Of a stretch of 64,000 bases of DNA, positions 25,194 to 35,541 are shown one piece after another. This stretch comes from Elusimicrobiota bacterium. GTDB lineage: Bacteria > Elusimicrobiota > Elusimicrobia > F11. A program made the translations under genes and the position numbers. The notes beneath the pieces were generated by a model. The model saw only the letters and a program-made list of their open reading frames with translations. It was not told the origin of the DNA and made no database searches. The stretch lies in the NCBI GenBank assembly GCA_044221725.1, contig JBGAON010000004.1, positions 64,001-128,000 of the forward strand, written 5' to 3'. Each line of letters opens with the position of its first letter. Within the stretch, counting starts at the first letter, position 1.

Positions 25194-25729
25194 CGCGCGC
25201 GTTCGCGCAGGTTTGAGACGACGGAATGGTGCAGCAGGTAGGTTTGTTCCGGCAAATCCGGATTGTTGTACCAATTGAAGAAACTGATCTCAGCGTTTCC
25301 GTTTGACAGCACCATGACGACCGGCCCGGACAATTTTACGGGCGTGCTCAATCCGTTCTCGTCCCGTCGCACCGCCGATACATCGGTTGCCGGAATTTCG
25401 ATCCGCGAGGATCCACCGTTCTCAGCAAACGTTCCGCGAACCCGCATTTCGACTTCCGACGCCCAATTCACCGGATTGTTCGGAACAATTTCGTTAATGG
25501 TGGCCGCAAAATCGACGGCCACGGTGCCGTTGCATTCCGAAAGATAGCCGTGTGTGGTTGCTTTGGGTGACGCGTGAGAAAACCCGTCACCCGAAAGTGT
25601 GGCGTTCATGACAGCACCGTACGAATAATTTTTGCAATTCGGTGTGCTGTTAGCGGAGGAGCGCACGCTGGGCGTTGCGCCCAACAACAGAAACGTTCCG
25701 ATTATAAGAGCCGACCAGGTCGCGCGCAT
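25190..25729 (-). CDS. Hypothetical secreted protein
   Basis: Signal-peptide-like MRATWSALIIGTFLLLGA; start directly after purD-like stop; no recognised motif. Confidence 0.55.
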   Translation of the reverse strand: MRATWSALIIGTFLLLGATPSVRSSANSTPNCKNYSYGAVMNATLSGDGFSHASPKATTHGYLSECNGTVAVDFAATINEIVPNNPVNWASEVEMRVRGTFAENGGSSRIEIPATDVSAVRRDENGLSTPVKLSGPVVMVLSNGNAEISFFNWYNNPDLPEQTYLLHHSVVSNLRERAR

Positions 25730-25730
25730 G

Positions 25731-27065
25731 TCATCCGGCCAGAAGGCCCCACGTTTGAAGCAAATCGCCATCTTTTGACCAGCGGCTTCCAATGTCCGTG
25801 CGGTAGAACATGTTGGGAAGAATGATGTTCCGAATGCGGTTGTAAGTTTCTTTTTGGGCATCGGACATGGTGGGGCCCGAGCCTGTCACGACCATCACAT
25901 ATCCGCTTGATCCGGCGATGCGCCAGTCGCCATCCACGAGCCGCACGTCGCAATGATGGATTCCGGCCAATGGTTGTTTCTTAAAGATAATGACCGCGTC
26001 ATCGGAAAACTTTTCAAACACATCGGGGTCGTCGTACGGATAGGGGGGAATCGCGATCACGACGCCGATCTGATAACCCTTGTTCGTTTTCAACGTGAAC
26101 GGTTGCCGGTTGGCCAACGCAAACAAAAGGTCGCTCCACCGGCTGGCGACGCCTTCCATTTGAATGTTGATCGTCGGGTAACCAAAGCGCGGCGTAATTT
26201 CGAGCGGGAAGATACCGCGGGAATTCACGATGCAGTTGATATCGAAGTAGCCGATGAACCCAATTTCGGCCAAACGTTTTTCAAATTTCTTTAGGGTTTC
26301 GTTGTAGAGCCGGTTCGGGCCCACCCAAAACATCGAGGTCCCCATTTCGCCGGTGGTCGGCCCAATCTCTTCGTTAAACATGCGCTTGTGTTCGAAATTC
26401 ACGCACGCCGGCAAAAGAAATTCGACGCCATTAAAAAATGCACCAATCGCGACTTCGACGCCCGCGACAAATTTTTGCAACTGAAAGCTGCGAATTTTGG
26501 AGCCCCAGCCGTTTTTGTAGCGCTCGAGCATGTTCACGAGATCGATGCCATCTTCTTCTTGGCCGACGAACGAAAGAACCTTTTCGTCCTGCGCTTTCCC
26601 GTTTGGTTTCACAACGTAGCGCCCAGGGTTCGCGCGCACGAATTTGATGGCTTCATCAAACGATGAAAAATCCCAACACGGCAACGTGTTGATGCCCACT
26701 TTGCGCAATTCTTCTTGCGCCAGATCGCGATCCAGTTCGAGTTTGTCCGAGAACGGCGTGCCGCCGACGACTTTCTTTCCTTCTTTGCGCAATCGTTCGG
26801 CGATGCCACCGAATCCAATGTCATCGAACACAATCACATCGGCCCAGTCGGCGTGTTTTTCCCAGTCGTCCACCTTGTCCACAAAACCGTCCGAAACATT
26901 CTTCTCGTGTTTGTCTTGAATGAAGTAGCGCACGACGCTCCCTTCGCTTTTTACTTGGTAGGCCAAATCTCCAATGCAGCCGATGTCAGAGACAAAGAGA
27001 AATTTTTTCGCGGAAGCGTCAGCGCCTCCGTTTTTGGGATTGCCATTCGATTTTTCGCCGCTCAT
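25731..27065 (-). CDS. Phosphoribosylamine-glycine ligase-like ATP-grasp enzyme (divergent PurD type)
   Basis: KLELDR, YVVKP, EHKR...GPTTGEMGT, LEITPRFGYP, YRTDIG. Confidence 0.75.
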   Translation of the reverse strand: MSGEKSNGNPKNGGADASAKKFLFVSDIGCIGDLAYQVKSEGSVVRYFIQDKHEKNVSDGFVDKVDDWEKHADWADVIVFDDIGFGGIAERLRKEGKKVVGGTPFSDKLELDRDLAQEELRKVGINTLPCWDFSSFDEAIKFVRANPGRYVVKPNGKAQDEKVLSFVGQEEDGIDLVNMLERYKNGWGSKIRSFQLQKFVAGVEVAIGAFFNGVEFLLPACVNFEHKRMFNEEIGPTTGEMGTSMFWVGPNRLYNETLKKFEKRLAEIGFIGYFDINCIVNSRGIFPLEITPRFGYPTINIQMEGVASRWSDLLFALANRQPFTLKTNKGYQIGVVIAIPPYPYDDPDVFEKFSDDAVIIFKKQPLAGIHHCDVRLVDGDWRIAGSSGYVMVVTGSGPTMSDAQKETYNRIRNIILPNMFYRTDIGSRWSKDGDLLQTWGLLAG

Positions 27066-27164
27066 GTACAAAAAGTTTTGACGGAAAACGTTGGTTTTTC
27101 AACGCAAACATTAATTCGTCGGATTTTTTGCCGTGCGCTCGTCGCGAATCGCTATAATCCACGC

Positions 27165-28277
27165 ATGTCCGTCGAGCAAACCTCCCTCATTCTCGTTTCG
27201 TTGGCCGCTGGTATTGGCGTGTTGATTTGGGTTTTGCGGAGTCAGTCCGCAAAAAACAGCGCGCGCACCGAAGAATTGGCACGTCAACTTCTCGAAGCGC
27301 AACAGAAAGCAAATCCCGCTGTTGAATTTTTGCAGCGCGAAATTTTTAATTTGCGCGAGCAAATGACGAAAAGCATGGCCGAATCCGCAAAGCTCATGGT
27401 TGATTCTCAGAAAACCGTCGGCGACCGATTGGACAGAGCCGCGGAAGTGGTCGGGCGTGTGCAAAATTCGCTCGGCAGCCTCGACCGCGCCACGCAGCAG
27501 GTGTTTAATGTCGGGAAAGATATCGCGCAGTTGCAAGAAATATTGCGTGCCCCGAAATTGCGCGGGTCGTTCGGTGAATTGTTCTTGGGCGATTTGCTGG
27601 CGCAAATTTTGCCGCCGCGTCATTTCTCGCTGCAACATTGCTTTAAGAGCGGCGACATTGTGGACGCCGTCGTAAAAATTGGACGCCTGGTTCCGGTGGA
27701 CGCGAAATTCCCACTCGAAAATTTTAAGCGCTTGATTCAAACCCAGGACCCGCAAGAAAAAACGCAAGCGCGCCGAAAATTCATGACGGACGTGAAACGC
27801 CACATCGATGCGATCCAGTCCAAATATTTGTTGCCCGACGAAGGAACGTACGATTTCGCGTTGATGTACATTCCGGCGGAAAACGTTTACTACGAAACGA
27901 TTATTAAAGATGACAATTTGGCGGACGGCGAAGATTCGCTGATGATGTATGCGTTTTCAAAGCGCGTGGTGCCGGTGTCGCCCAATTCTTTTTATGCGTA
28001 CTTGCACACGATCAGTTTGGGGCTGCGTGGTCTTGAGATCGAAGAGAACGCGCGTCGCATCATGGAACAGCTGGCGCGCCTTAAGAGCGATTTTGGTCGG
28101 TTCAAAGACGATTTTTCGTTGCTTGGGAAACACCTGACAAATTCGCGCGGCAAATACGAAGAAGCGGAGCGCCGTCTCGTTCGCTTCGAAGACAAACTGT
28201 TGGCCGCCGGGGACAAGCAACCCGAATTGCCGGAAGCGGTTCCCGCCGGGGAAAAAGCGCTGCCGCTCGACCTCTAA
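27165..28277 (+). CDS. rmuC: DNA recombination protein RmuC
   Basis: N-terminal TM, coiled coil, RGSFGE, VDAKFP, DFALMYIPAE, VSP; start re-called at ATG 27165. Confidence 0.9.
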   Translation: MSVEQTSLILVSLAAGIGVLIWVLRSQSAKNSARTEELARQLLEAQQKANPAVEFLQREIFNLREQMTKSMAESAKLMVDSQKTVGDRLDRAAEVVGRVQNSLGSLDRATQQVFNVGKDIAQLQEILRAPKLRGSFGELFLGDLLAQILPPRHFSLQHCFKSGDIVDAVVKIGRLVPVDAKFPLENFKRLIQTQDPQEKTQARRKFMTDVKRHIDAIQSKYLLPDEGTYDFALMYIPAENVYYETIIKDDNLADGEDSLMMYAFSKRVVPVSPNSFYAYLHTISLGLRGLEIEENARRIMEQLARLKSDFGRFKDDFSLLGKHLTNSRGKYEEAERRLVRFEDKLLAAGDKQPELPEAVPAGEKALPLDL

Positions 28278-28278
28278 C

Positions 28279-28641
28279 ATGTGGGTTGTTGCCGGAAGCG
28301 TTTTCATGTTTCTCGCGGTGGCGATTGGTGCGTTTGGCGCGCACGGATTAAAAAGCCGCGTTCCCGCCGATATGCTTGTCGTTTTTGAGACCGGCGTACG
28401 CTACCACGTCTATCATGCGCTCGCGTTGTTTCTCGTAGCATGGCTTGCGGAGAAGAATATTTCTCCAACTATCAATTACGCCGGGTGGGCGTTCGCGGTG
28501 GGAATTTTTCTTTTTTCGGGGAGTCTCTACGCTCTGGTGCTCACGGGTGTGCGCGCGCTTGGCGCAATCACGCCGCTTGGTGGCTTGAGTTTCTTAATTG
28601 GCTGGGCCATCGTCGGTTTTTCTTACTTAAAAAAGGCGTAA
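28279..28641 (+). CDS. DUF423 family membrane protein
   Basis: GAFGAHGL, FETGVRY...HAL, LFSGSLY, ITPLGG. Confidence 0.9.
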   Translation: MWVVAGSVFMFLAVAIGAFGAHGLKSRVPADMLVVFETGVRYHVYHALALFLVAWLAEKNISPTINYAGWAFAVGIFLFSGSLYALVLTGVRALGAITPLGGLSFLIGWAIVGFSYLKKA

Positions 28642-29240
28642 GCTTCCTGTTCGTCCGCATCGCCGCGCGTTAGCGGCCCTTCCTCTCTCCACAGTCCGCG
28701 TTTTTTCTCGCGGGCCTCGCGCTCGATCCGACGAAAATCCTCGATGTGCTCAAAAGGAAACTTCGTGTACGCATTCGCGTAACCCGCCTCAACGATAAGC
28801 GCGTTTAGAAATCCTTTTTGAAAGGACGGTAGCTCGCAGACTTGCTCGGCAATCTCCTGCGCGAATTCGTCGCAGCTGGGCGGGTCAAAGTAAACATAGG
28901 CCAACGTGCGCCCATATCGATCCTTATTATTATGGGGTTGGTTTCGCTGGTCATAGCCCAGCCGGACGGCGCGGTTCTGAATCACGTTCTTTGTGAAGCT
29001 CGCCGCGCGTTTTCCCAATTCGCGAATGAGTTTCTCATCATGATGGGTGCGTGCCGCGTCCTTGCGTAACTTGGCGGACTCGTGCAATTCGGGCGTGTCG
29101 ATGCCGATCAGGCGAACGCGCACGTTGTTCGACAGCACGAGCGTGTCACCATCAACAACGCGCTTCACCGTCAACGTTTTTGCGTTCACCGGAACTACCA
29201 CCAACGCAAGAAGACAAAGTGAGGGGAAAATCTTTGTCAT
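28623..29240 (-). CDS. Secreted thermonuclease (SNase family)
   Basis: Signal peptide; VVDGDT, VRLIGIDTPE, DRYGRTLAYV, AREKKRGLW. Confidence 0.92.
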   Translation of the reverse strand: MTKIFPSLCLLALVVVPVNAKTLTVKRVVDGDTLVLSNNVRVRLIGIDTPELHESAKLRKDAARTHHDEKLIRELGKRAASFTKNVIQNRAVRLGYDQRNQPHNNKDRYGRTLAYVYFDPPSCDEFAQEIAEQVCELPSFQKGFLNALIVEAGYANAYTKFPFEHIEDFRRIEREAREKKRGLWREEGPLTRGDADEQEAYAFFK

Positions 29241-29293
29241 GAGGGATTCCGATTCTAGCTTGAATTCGTCGTGCTTTCAGGCGATATTGTCTT

Positions 29294-30088
29294 GTGAGCG
29301 CGGAAAACAATTCCTATTCGGTTGTATTGGCGTCGGAAAACGATCTTCAGATTCCGGCCATCGCCCAGGCTTTGGCGACGTTCAAAAAAATTCCGCAGGC
29401 CGACGCCGCCCATGAAGCGAAAAATTGTTGGGGAATTCTCGGCGAAAATTTGTCGCCGGAGGCGGCCGATCAACTTATCGCGGCGGCGGCCGGGGCTCGT
29501 ATCAACGCGATTCGTTTGCCGTACGCAACGGTTCCAGCGTTGCCGACGCCCGTCGTTTTAAATCACGTCGTGTTATCGGAAACGGGCTGCACGGGGATCG
29601 ACGATCGCGGCACCCACTACGACGTGAGAGCCGAGAAGATTACCGTGATTGGAACCGCCGGAATAAAATTTAGTGAGACGAAAATCACACAAGAGAAACA
29701 AGGTCCCACGGCACCGCAGCAACTTCTAAGCGCCGGAATTATGATGGCCACCGGACTGCCAATTCGAATTGGGCCAAAGAAACAAACCATTGAAAAGAAA
29801 GCGTCGGTCTCGGAGCTTTTGCTTTTTCTCGCGCTCGTCTGCACGGACCCAAAACAATTTTTCGTGATGGCCGCCGATCAATTTAATTTCACGGCCCTCA
29901 AAGAACGCATGCTTTACAACGCGATGGGCAATTTCAAAATCGTGATTGCGGATTTTTTAAAGGCCGCACCGACCGCGCGTCAGAGCCGCGGCACCCGCAT
30001 TCTGCAGCAAAACCAACCGCTGGTAACGATGGGCTACGAGTCGCTCGCGAACCTCGAGCGCGAGTGCCGTTGGCTTAATACACTTTGA
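29294..30088 (+). CDS. Hypothetical protein
   Basis: 264-aa ORF filling the gap with natural composition; no motif recognised. Confidence 0.6.
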   Translation: MSAENNSYSVVLASENDLQIPAIAQALATFKKIPQADAAHEAKNCWGILGENLSPEAADQLIAAAAGARINAIRLPYATVPALPTPVVLNHVVLSETGCTGIDDRGTHYDVRAEKITVIGTAGIKFSETKITQEKQGPTAPQQLLSAGIMMATGLPIRIGPKKQTIEKKASVSELLLFLALVCTDPKQFFVMAADQFNFTALKERMLYNAMGNFKIVIADFLKAAPTARQSRGTRILQQNQPLVTMGYESLANLERECRWLNTL

Positions 30089-31829
30089 ACAGAAAGATTT
30101 TGTCACCGTCCTTTTCCGAAGGTGTTCCGAAAATTTGGGTTAACCAAAGCTCCAAAAATTTGTGGAGCTCTTTGTCGTAGAGAGGTGCGTGCCGATGGTA
30201 AACCACGTATTTGATTTTGTGCGCAGCAAGTATCGATTTGGCCTTTGCGGTGAGCTCTGTTTGTCGCACAGCCAATTCCGGAAGCGTTAGTAATTTTTTT
30301 AAATTCTCCGGGTGAGTAAATTCGTAAAGCACCGGCGTGTTTTCCGTTAGCGAAAGACTTTCCAAAAAATATCGAGTTGGGCAACCCAGGACCATCGGCT
30401 TTTCATGATACGTCTGAAACAACATGTAGTACTGAGCCGGAATGTATAACGTAGCTCCGGGCACGTAGTGTTGCGGCAGCTCGAGAATGGCAAAATTGTC
30501 ACCATCTTCCTTAATGGTTGTGTAAACAGTCGACGGAACGGAAGAAGCGTAGCGCTGCCCAACATGAGACAAACCCCACTCGTACCAGACCACCACCATT
30601 AATCCCGCACACGCAAGGAATCCCCACGTCCGGCGGCCGCGCAAAAGTTTCGAGAAGGTAAGTGCGACGAGCACGCTGCTGGCCAGTGACACGGTCATAA
30701 GAATTCGCGCGGGAACACGGAAAGACGAAAGCAATGGCAAATGCCGAAATATCGTGTAAGGCAACGGAACAATCGTCCTCTGGGTCGGTGTAATCTGGAG
30801 GGTCGCCCCTAACGATAGAATGGCGCTAAAGATCAGAAGCGACCCGAAAAATTGTTCCGTTCGCGCCGAAAAGTATTTTCGGCGGACACTGATGATGATT
30901 GCAACAATCGGTACGATTCCGAAGTAGCCCATCGAATTCTCGATCGGCGCACCCGATGACTTTAAAATTCTAATAGACCGAACAAGAGCGGACGTATGCC
31001 AGAACGGCAGGTCGATGAACATCGCGAGGCTGGGGGAGAAAAATTCCGAACCGCCTCCTAACACGCGGGGCAGAGAGATCAGAGGAAGAAAGGCGATTAT
31101 TGCGATGATCACCGACGTGCCACACCACAAAACCAACGGAAGCGAAAAGAAAGAGCGCAGTAGCATTCTTTCGCCGACGCTCACATCGAAAAGAACGCCA
31201 GCCAATACAAACACAAGTCCGAAGCTAAAACCGACGTAAGGCCCTGAGAGAAATACACCGGTCAACGCCGCAGCGACGGTCATCGCTGCGCTATTCGACG
31301 GTCTTTTGTAATAGCGGTACAACGCTAAAACTAACAACGGATTGAAAAAAATTGTCGCTTCTATCACCTGTCCGATGTAGTGCTGCGTCAACATGTAGGG
31401 GCTGTAGGCGTATAGGAACGAAGCCAGTAACGAAGCCCAACGATCTTTCGTTATTTCGGATCCCAGCGCATACATCGTTACGCCCGATAGCACATGCGAA
31501 ACAAGCAGAAGGAAATTTGTGGTGAACGTCGTGGAGCTCACCGTTTGCAGAAGAAGGGCAGGGATCTCGTTAACGGGAGAATGCGGAAAAACGGGGATGC
31601 CGGCCGGAAACATTAGCAGGTTTGAATGGAAGGGTGACAGGTGGTGCATCAGCGCATAGCGCCACCACCAAAAAAGCCACGCAAAGTAACCGCCGACTTG
31701 TTGGCCCGCAAGGAGATTTGAAAACGGAGCGGAAACAATGGCGGGGTAAATCAAACCGGTTACTGCACAGTGAAACAGGGTTACAAAGAAGAGGGATAAA
31801 ATGTTCGGCCGGCAACTATTCCAGCGCAT
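30075..31829 (-). CDS. Multi-pass membrane protein, YfhO-like/GT-C-like
   Basis: Many TM helices; FRVPAR, ILELP, QTYHEKP, KYVVYH. Confidence 0.6.
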   Translation of the reverse strand: MRWNSCRPNILSLFFVTLFHCAVTGLIYPAIVSAPFSNLLAGQQVGGYFAWLFWWWRYALMHHLSPFHSNLLMFPAGIPVFPHSPVNEIPALLLQTVSSTTFTTNFLLLVSHVLSGVTMYALGSEITKDRWASLLASFLYAYSPYMLTQHYIGQVIEATIFFNPLLVLALYRYYKRPSNSAAMTVAAALTGVFLSGPYVGFSFGLVFVLAGVLFDVSVGERMLLRSFFSLPLVLWCGTSVIIAIIAFLPLISLPRVLGGGSEFFSPSLAMFIDLPFWHTSALVRSIRILKSSGAPIENSMGYFGIVPIVAIIISVRRKYFSARTEQFFGSLLIFSAILSLGATLQITPTQRTIVPLPYTIFRHLPLLSSFRVPARILMTVSLASSVLVALTFSKLLRGRRTWGFLACAGLMVVVWYEWGLSHVGQRYASSVPSTVYTTIKEDGDNFAILELPQHYVPGATLYIPAQYYMLFQTYHEKPMVLGCPTRYFLESLSLTENTPVLYEFTHPENLKKLLTLPELAVRQTELTAKAKSILAAHKIKYVVYHRHAPLYDKELHKFLELWLTQIFGTPSEKDGDKIFLFKVY

Positions 31830-31834
31830 TCAGC

Positions 31835-32521
31835 CTATTTTCGCTCCAGTACAAAAAGCTTGTGGTAGGCAAAGAGCGGGATTGGGATGGGGCGAACGCT
31901 TGTAAGCCGAAAGAACGGCGACGCCAGCTTTTCAAGATCCGAGGTTTCGATTTCCGACAAGTGCCATTGGTCCATCATATTGTCCGACATGGGGTAATGA
32001 CCGGCAATCCAGCGTTTTAGTCCAAACTGCAACACGATCTTTTTTGTGATGTTGATGAGGTGCTCGTTGGGCAACGTGATGATGAGACGCGCGCCCGGTT
32101 TGCACACGCGGTGGATTTCTTTAAGCACCGCAGGGACATCCTTTACGTGTTCGAGCACTTCGGAGCACACAACGCGATCGAAGTACTTGTCCGGGAAAGG
32201 AATTGTCTCGGCGTTCGCCTTAACGATTTTCACATTGGCTTGATTTTTTAATCGCGCCCGTGCTTGATCGAGCAAATAATCCGACAAATCTATGCCGACG
32301 ATCTCGCGAGCATTTATACCCGCCAAGAGATTTCCGGACCCGCAACCAACATCGAGAAGCGTCTCATGGCCAGTCAGTGAGAGTGCTTTGCGCGTTTTTT
32401 CCAATCGCAGGCTCTGTACCTTTCTCACGATCCAACCAGTTTGGGTAATGAACTTGTCCGGCTCGTACAGTCGAGCCATCGTGTCATTCCACTGTTCGAT
32501 ATCGTGCGGGGGAACGGTCAT
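31835..32521 (-). CDS. Class I SAM-dependent methyltransferase
   Basis: LLDVGCGSG, FDRVVCSEVLEH, RVCKPGA. Confidence 0.9.
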   Translation of the reverse strand: MTVPPHDIEQWNDTMARLYEPDKFITQTGWIVRKVQSLRLEKTRKALSLTGHETLLDVGCGSGNLLAGINAREIVGIDLSDYLLDQARARLKNQANVKIVKANAETIPFPDKYFDRVVCSEVLEHVKDVPAVLKEIHRVCKPGARLIITLPNEHLINITKKIVLQFGLKRWIAGHYPMSDNMMDQWHLSEIETSDLEKLASPFFRLTSVRPIPIPLFAYHKLFVLERK

Positions 32522-32556
32522 TTTTCGGTGAAGATGATAGCTTGAAAAAAGATCGC

Positions 32557-34212
32557 TTACGAACCGGCCAAAATGCCGGCGAGACGTTCGTGGACCAGAC
32601 CGCCGCCCGTTTCCTGTTCGTGTCGTTTAAGTTCATCGGCACAGTCAGTGGACAGAACCTCTTTGTTCTTCAGCATTTGCCGCATCTGGTAAAGGTTATA
32701 AGGCCAGAGCCATTTGTATTCGTGCGAAGCAATCACTCGCTCGTTTAATTTGTTTCTCTTCAGAAAAACCAAGCACGAGTCATCCCAAAATACGAGCGCC
32801 CAATCCGAGCGCGGAAACATGAAATTGAGTGGATTTAATTCAAGAATTGAACCTGTGCCACGAAAATTAAGATACCGCGAAACCGCATAGTCGGTTGGAT
32901 AACGCTTCCAATAAAGCTGCCATCTTTCGCGGATCAACTGCTCGGACGGGGCCGAAAACATTTCGAGCTGCTCCTTGAGAAGAGGCTGAAACAAATAACG
33001 TCCGTCCATAAAAATTTTGTGTTGCGGACCGCGCGCCCATTCAAGATACCCGCCAAATTCATACGCGTTCCATGCATCGCCACTAATATTTTCGTCTTCA
33101 AGGAATCGAACCGCTTCTTTGGGAAAGAATTGCCAAGAAATCTTGGATGGCGGAAGTGGCGCGGATATTTCCGACCAGAATTTCCAAGCGAAACTAAAAA
33201 TGCTCGCGACCGCCGCGATATGAAGGATTTGCCGTCGGCGTAGACCGGTATGTTCGTTTGAAAGGAAGTCCATTAACAACGGCAAAGCTGGAAACAGGAC
33301 GAAAACTGTGTTTCTCGTGTGAACCGACCCCCAAACAGCAAACAACAATGCGGAGGGAATCCAGAAACGAGTTCGTAACGAACCTCGCAGAAGCGACGTG
33401 ACCGCAGCAACAGCGATCAGGAAGAACCAAACCCAGAACATCTTGTTGTGTTCGATGTCGGTCGGATTCCATTCGGCGATACCGGCAATTCCGGTCGGCC
33501 CCATCTGTTTGGTGTGCTCGAGGAAAAAACGGTACAACCCAAGCCCGTTCGGGTTGATTAAGCTGCTGGCCGCAAAAACGATTGCGCAGCGCAGTAACTG
33601 AAGTGAGAAGCGGCGTTCTTCTCGCGCCCAAAGCGCGCCGACACTCGCGCTCAAAAGAAGTCCGAGACCATAGACGAACCCCGGATGGGTATTTGCCCAA
33701 ACCAGCCCAAGGGTGCCGACCACGATTTCGGCTGGCACGCGCCACGCCGCAAAAGCGTTTCTAAGTCGAATGACAACAAGCGTGAGAGATCCAAGGAACA
33801 GAAACGAGAACAATTCTGCGCGCTCGTTCATCCGAGGCGAAATGAGCGCAAACGAAAGCCACAGAAAAAAAATGTTCCACGGCCCCGTTGGAGCGATCTC
33901 ACGAATACATTCGTAGATCACGAGCATAATCACCAAGCCGCCCAGCACTCGACCAAAAAAGAAAAAGTTTACACCGAAGCTTGAGTGCCCAAGGAAAAAT
34001 AGGATGTCCGCCAACCACTCTGCATTAACCCAACGAACTCCGAGCATCGATCGCGAAAAAATGTCCGTACGGAGAAACACATGGCTTTCTACCATCGCGC
34101 GTCCGCTGGCCAAGTGCCACCATAGGTCTGGATCCCGCAACGGCCGTAGGAGCAGCTTTGCGAAAGCAAAAAACGAGATTAAAAGAGCCGCGCGACTAGA
34201 AGTTTTTTCCAC
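32557..34212 (-). CDS. Multi-pass membrane protein, GT-C-like
   Basis: DPDLWWHLASGR, EWL, WANTHPGF, IAEW.P, GGYL.W, FMDGR. Confidence 0.6.
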   Translation of the reverse strand: MEKTSSRAALLISFFAFAKLLLRPLRDPDLWWHLASGRAMVESHVFLRTDIFSRSMLGVRWVNAEWLADILFFLGHSSFGVNFFFFGRVLGGLVIMLVIYECIREIAPTGPWNIFFLWLSFALISPRMNERAELFSFLFLGSLTLVVIRLRNAFAAWRVPAEIVVGTLGLVWANTHPGFVYGLGLLLSASVGALWAREERRFSLQLLRCAIVFAASSLINPNGLGLYRFFLEHTKQMGPTGIAGIAEWNPTDIEHNKMFWVWFFLIAVAAVTSLLRGSLRTRFWIPSALLFAVWGSVHTRNTVFVLFPALPLLMDFLSNEHTGLRRRQILHIAAVASIFSFAWKFWSEISAPLPPSKISWQFFPKEAVRFLEDENISGDAWNAYEFGGYLEWARGPQHKIFMDGRYLFQPLLKEQLEMFSAPSEQLIRERWQLYWKRYPTDYAVSRYLNFRGTGSILELNPLNFMFPRSDWALVFWDDSCLVFLKRNKLNERVIASHEYKWLWPYNLYQMRQMLKNKEVLSTDCADELKRHEQETGGGLVHERLAGILAGS

Positions 34213-34945
34213 AACATTGACGTCCGAGTTGACGCCCTACTTTTTTGGAGAACCTCCAAAGAGAATTAAACTGAAGCCAACTGTCCCGTACCAAGCGCAC
34301 GGTTGTCCCCTCTGAAACGTCTCTAACAAAAAGCGTTGGCACCTCAACTATGGAATAGTTTCTCAAATGAGCGTTGGCGATCATTTCTGTGTCCCAAAAC
34401 CAGCCTGGTGACTCAGAGAATTTGGTCAGCTCCAAAGCCACCTCCCGCCGGAAAAATTTGCAACCGCTCTCCGTATCGTGATTGTGTATGCCCAATAACC
34501 GCCGCACGAGCAAGGCGTAACCCAAATGTGTTAATAAGCGGTGAACGATGGAGGGCAGTTCGAGAAGACGTATTTTATACGTACGTTTCGCAACGGCTAT
34601 ATCGTTGCCTTTCAAAAGTTCGGATATCAATGGCACGACGTATCCCGCCGCTGTGGAGGAATCAGCGTCCACATAACCGACGAACCGCCCCGATGTCAAC
34701 GGAATGGCATTCGCGACATTTTTGCCGCGTCCGAGGTTCACTTGGTTGATGAACAATTTGCGGTTGGGCGATGTCTGGGCAAGTCGCTGACAGATTTTGA
34801 CCGTCTCGTCTCGACTGGCATCGTCCGTCAGTATTATTTCCCACGTCCAATTGGTGTGCGTTAGGATCTCTTCAAAATCCCGAACCCGCTTTTCGATAAG
34901 ATGAGCGCTATTGTAACACGGAATTATTACGGAGACGTCGATCAT
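34196..34945 (-). CDS. GT2 polyprenyl-phosphate glycosyltransferase-like
   Basis: SVIIPCYN, DDASRD, NLGRG, DAD, DTESGCK, WFWDTE. Confidence 0.85.
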   Translation of the reverse strand: MIDVSVIIPCYNSAHLIEKRVRDFEEILTHTNWTWEIILTDDASRDETVKICQRLAQTSPNRKLFINQVNLGRGKNVANAIPLTSGRFVGYVDADSSTAAGYVVPLISELLKGNDIAVAKRTYKIRLLELPSIVHRLLTHLGYALLVRRLLGIHNHDTESGCKFFRREVALELTKFSESPGWFWDTEMIANAHLRNYSIVEVPTLFVRDVSEGTTVRLVRDSWLQFNSLWRFSKKVGRQLGRQCCGKNF

Positions 34946-35541
34946 GGTCGTTCGTAAACACCAATTAGATTCGAGCCGACTCTTGCTACTCGCCGGAAAT
35001 TTTTGGAACGAAAAAATTCTCGTAACGAATCTTCGTTGTAGCGATGAGGAAATAACTTCCCGTCGATGCGGGTAGCCCAGGCCGTGAATTTTCTCACGGC
35101 CGTGTGACGTGAATGGGAAACATTCTCAATCGATTCGGAAATAATCACCTTGCGAAAGCTCCCGGCCATCATTTTTTCAATGATCGCGCTTGGATCGGGC
35201 AGAAAGTGATAAAGGCTTTCGACCATGACACATGTGTCGGCGGCGGGCCATTTCATCTCCAATACGTTTCCGTGCGTAACGTTGAACCCCTTTCGGTTAA
35301 GTGAATCGACGAAAATGGGATTCGCATCAATACCTGTGTATTTGGATTTATTGATTTTTCGTGCAAGCGCGCCGCTTCCGCAGCACAATTCGAGGACCGA
35401 TGTATGACCAATTTCGTGAACGACCGCATTAAACATTTCAGATCGTCCCATGGGACGCAAAATAGCCATGGTGAGCCAATACGAAAAGGGGCCCCAGTAA
35501 ACAGGCCCCCAACCCGTTAAATCATTTCGGCTTTCGGACAT
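34942..35541 (-). CDS. Class I SAM-dependent methyltransferase
   Basis: VLELCCGSG, YTGID, SLYHF; start approximate. Confidence 0.8.
   Translation of the reverse strand: MSESRNDLTGWGPVYWGPFSYWLTMAILRPMGRSEMFNAVVHEIGHTSVLELCCGSGALARKINKSKYTGIDANPIFVDSLNRKGFNVTHGNVLEMKWPAADTCVMVESLYHFLPDPSAIIEKMMAGSFRKVIISESIENVSHSRHTAVRKFTAWATRIDGKLFPHRYNEDSLREFFRSKNFRRVARVGSNLIGVYERP

Noticed and set aside
26715..27164. ORF-track N-terminal extensions of rmuC, 37304-39628, 57924-59711 and 56261-58219
   Set aside because: They overlap other genes; better starts at 27165, 39232, 58152 and 58033
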